Part shown: one piece after another, positions 56,354 to 58,813 of the stretch
How positions within the stretch are numbered: the first letter of the stretch is position 1
Layout: each line of letters begins with the position of its first letter
DNA from: a virus
Taxonomy: Duplodnaviria > Caudoviricetes
Direction: 5' to 3' (one strand)
DNA: 58,813 nt
Virus record (IMG/VR): IMGVR_UViG_3300025543_000021
Location: 1 to 58,813 of that record
The notes under the pieces: generated by a model
Databases searched by the model: none
What the model was told of the DNA's origin: nothing
Seen by the model: the letters and a program-made list of their open reading frames with translations, nothing else
Translations under genes and position numbers: made by a program

Positions 56354-58813
56354 ATGGCAACTTACGTTAATGATTTACGCTTAAAAGAGATTGCCACGGG
56401 CGATGAAGCGGGTACTTGGGGAACGAGTACAAACACAAATTTAGAACTTATTGCTAACGCGATGGGTGTCGGTGCAGAGGCCATAGCTAACGCCAGTACA
56501 CACACTATTACGATGGCAGACGGTACAGCCGACGAGTTTAGGTCTACCTTCTTACGCCTAACGGGTGGTGGTACAGCTTGTACAGTCACACTGGCCCCCA
56601 ATACGCTATCTCATACATGGATCATGCGGAACGAAACTTCCGCCGCTTTGACGCTTACGCAAGGCTCTGGTGCCAATGTAATTATAGCTGCGGGTCAAAC
56701 TAAGATTGTAGCTACCGATGGTGCAGGATCAGGGGCTATTGTCTATGAGATGGATGACCTAGAACTTGCTGGAAATTTAGCAGTTGGCGGCGAGTTATCT
56801 ACCCCATCAGCAGGAACAAACAACGTCCGATTTGGTGTCAACGCAGGTAACTCCATAGCCTCTGGCGGCAATCAAAACGTGGTTGTGGGCGATGAAGCAG
56901 GTACGGCTTTGACTACAGGGGATGACAACGTAGCCATAGGTTTTTCGGCTTTAGCCACAGAAGATACTGGAGGTCAAAGCACAGCAGTGGGCGTTCAAGC
57001 ATTAAGGCTTCAAAATAATGATGCTGCAAATTATAATACTGCTGTTGGATACAATGCAGGTGGTTCAGTCACTACGGGAGTTAGGAACACCATCATTGGT
57101 GGTCTAGCGGGTGATGCGCTTACTGATGCGGATAACAATGTAGCTATCGGTCAAGCAGCATTGAGTTCAGACACTTTGGGAAGTAACTCAGTTGCTATTG
57201 GGCGTAATGCGTTACTGGTTCAAAACTTCACTAGTGCAACAGATACATACAACGTTGCGGTAGGTGCAGATGCAGGTGGTTCAGTCACCACAGGCGTTCA
57301 AAACACTCTCATTGGTGGTCTTGCAGGTGATGCAATAACCACAGGCAATTATAATGTTTCGCTGGGTTACGCTTCATTAGGTGGTGACACTAAAGGGTTT
57401 GGTTCGGTTGCAGTTGGGCATAGCGCCTTGTTATCTCAAAACTTCGCGACAAATACTAATGCTTACAATACTGCTGTCGGGCATGTAGCGGGAACTTCAG
57501 TCACCACGGGCGTTCAGAACACCCTCATCGGTGCTCTTGTAGGTGATGCGATGACTACAGCCAATAATAACGTAGCTTTGGGTGTGAGTGCTTTAGGGGC
57601 GACCACAACAGGTGGCTCTAACGTAGCCATTGCAGTAAACGCTTTAGGCTCAAACACTACAGGGGCAACTAACGTAGCAATAGGGCAGGACACTCTTTTC
57701 AACAACACAACAGCATCTAACAACACTGCTGTAGGCCATAACGCTATGGTCGCAAACACCACAGGCGACAGAAACGTAGCAGTAGGTACAAGCGCCCTAG
57801 ACGCTAACACTACCGCAGATGGTAACACCGCAGTCGGTTATGACTCTTTAAGCACTAACACAGGCTCTGAGAACAATGTTGCAATAGGTTTCAATGCCCT
57901 TAGGCTTTACAACAACACTAGTGGCTCTGGATACAACACAGCCGTTGGCAGTTTAGCAGGAGATCAATTAACCACCGGCGTAAACAACACCCTCATCGGT
58001 GGCCTTGCAGGTGATGCGATTACTACGGCTAATTCTGTTGTCGCTGTTGGTCTTAATGCTGCGGGAGCAACTACAACGGGCAGTAATAATGTTGCTATAG
58101 GTCAAAACGCTTTAGCGACAAATACTACTAGCACTTCCAACGTAGCTGTTGGACATGAAGCTCTTTTGACTTCAACCTCATCTAACAACACTGGTGTAGG
58201 ATTTCAGTCTTTAAGAGCAAACACCACAGCATCTAACAACACGGCAGTTGGCTATAATGCTTTACTCACAAACACCACAGGTAGTAATAATACTGCATAC
58301 GGCACCTTCACACTTGGAGTTGTAACAACGGGGACATACAACACGGCAATTGGGTATGATTCTGGTGGGCTAATTACAACAGGCTCAAAGAACACCATCC
58401 TTGGACGCTACGACGGCAACCAAGGCGGCTTAGACATCCGCACCTCAAACAACTACATCGTCTTGTCAGATGGTGATGGTAATCCAAGGCTTACTGTTAC
58501 CACAGCCGGTCAAATTGCATTTGGGACTAGTAATGGTTCAACTGATATTTCGGGCGGTACTATCGGCCTTGCATTGAATGATAATGACGGTAGACAGATG
58601 CTAGACAGTAGGACAAATTCAAGCATTAACACTTACCGTCAGAGATTTTACAATACTAATGGGCTTGTTGGTAGTATTCGCACAAACGGTTCAACAACGT
58701 TCTATGATACATCATCAGACTATCGTCTAAAAGAAAATGTCGTACCAGTTGATGATGGGATTGAGATCGTAAAACAGCTTCAGCCTAAACGCTTCAACTA
58801 TATTGCTGATCCT
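56354..58813 (+). CDS. Tail fibre/adhesin (allele B), runs off the contig end; ~889 aa if joined through the 127-bp overlap
   Basis: ATG at 56354 (MATYVNDLRLKEIATGDEAGTWG), NTAVG repeats, still in frame with the S74 domain at the end. Missed by the ORF track because it lacks a stop. Confidence 0.88.
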   Translation, partial: MATYVNDLRLKEIATGDEAGTWGTSTNTNLELIANAMGVGAEAIANASTHTITMADGTADEFRSTFLRLTGGGTACTVTLAPNTLSHTWIMRNETSAALTLTQGSGANVIIAAGQTKIVATDGAGSGAIVYEMDDLELAGNLAVGGELSTPSAGTNNVRFGVNAGNSIASGGNQNVVVGDEAGTALTTGDDNVAIGFSALATEDTGGQSTAVGVQALRLQNNDAANYNTAVGYNAGGSVTTGVRNTIIGGLAGDALTDADNNVAIGQAALSSDTLGSNSVAIGRNALLVQNFTSATDTYNVAVGADAGGSVTTGVQNTLIGGLAGDAITTGNYNVSLGYASLGGDTKGFGSVAVGHSALLSQNFATNTNAYNTAVGHVAGTSVTTGVQNTLIGALVGDAMTTANNNVALGVSALGATTTGGSNVAIAVNALGSNTTGATNVAIGQDTLFNNTTASNNTAVGHNAMVANTTGDRNVAVGTSALDANTTADGNTAVGYDSLSTNTGSENNVAIGFNALRLYNNTSGSGYNTAVGSLAGDQLTTGVNNTLIGGLAGDAITTANSVVAVGLNAAGATTTGSNNVAIGQNALATNTTSTSNVAVGHEALLTSTSSNNTGVGFQSLRANTTASNNTAVGYNALLTNTTGSNNTAYGTFTLGVVTTGTYNTAIGYDSGGLITTGSKNTILGRYDGNQGGLDIRTSNNYIVLSDGDGNPRLTVTTAGQIAFGTSNGSTDISGGTIGLALNDNDGRQMLDSRTNSSINTYRQRFYNTNGLVGSIRTNGSTTFYDTSSDYRLKENVVPVDDGIEIVKQLQPKRFNYIADP
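58687..58813 (+). repeat. 127-bp exact repeat of 1571-1697
   Basis: Direct sequence comparison. Confidence 0.95.

Noticed and set aside
1-58813. tRNA genes, integrase, RNA polymerase, ribonucleotide reductase
   Set aside because: None recognised by eye. Intergenic space is small, but absence should be confirmed with tRNAscan-SE and HMM searches.

Overview
Essentially complete genome of a tailed dsDNA bacteriophage. Its gene content resembles uncultured marine podovirus-like phages; the host cannot be determined from the sequence. Modules: tail fibre and lysis (1-5.0 kb), nozzle and ejection-type proteins (5-16.9 kb), SNF2 helicase (the only credible minus-strand gene), replication with SSB-like protein, primase, UvrD-like helicase and family A polymerase (18.7-30 kb), a thymidine-modification cluster (23.5-27.4 kb), small early genes in repeated promoter-hairpin-RBS cassettes (30-38.8 kb), TerS plus a repeat-rich putative packaging/terminus region (39-41 kb), then TerL, portal, GroES, scaffold, capsid and tail genes (43.6-58.8 kb). 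The last 127 bp are identical to 1571-1697, so the contig is probably a circle of about 57,116 bp plus a second, divergent allele of the tail-fibre repeat region (1-1570). Best candidate for an undescribed system: a dUMP hydroxymethylase plus a 5hmdU-DNA-kinase-family gene coupled to a small-molecule-type SAM methyltransferase, with no recognisable amino-acid:DNA transferase, which points to a new thymidine hypermodification. Other notable structure: two inverted iteron-like elements flanking the early region, a GATCGA cluster at the end of terS, two structured RNA candidates and a recurring xxGG motif in virion proteins. All family assignments come from motif recognition by eye; no database searches were run.
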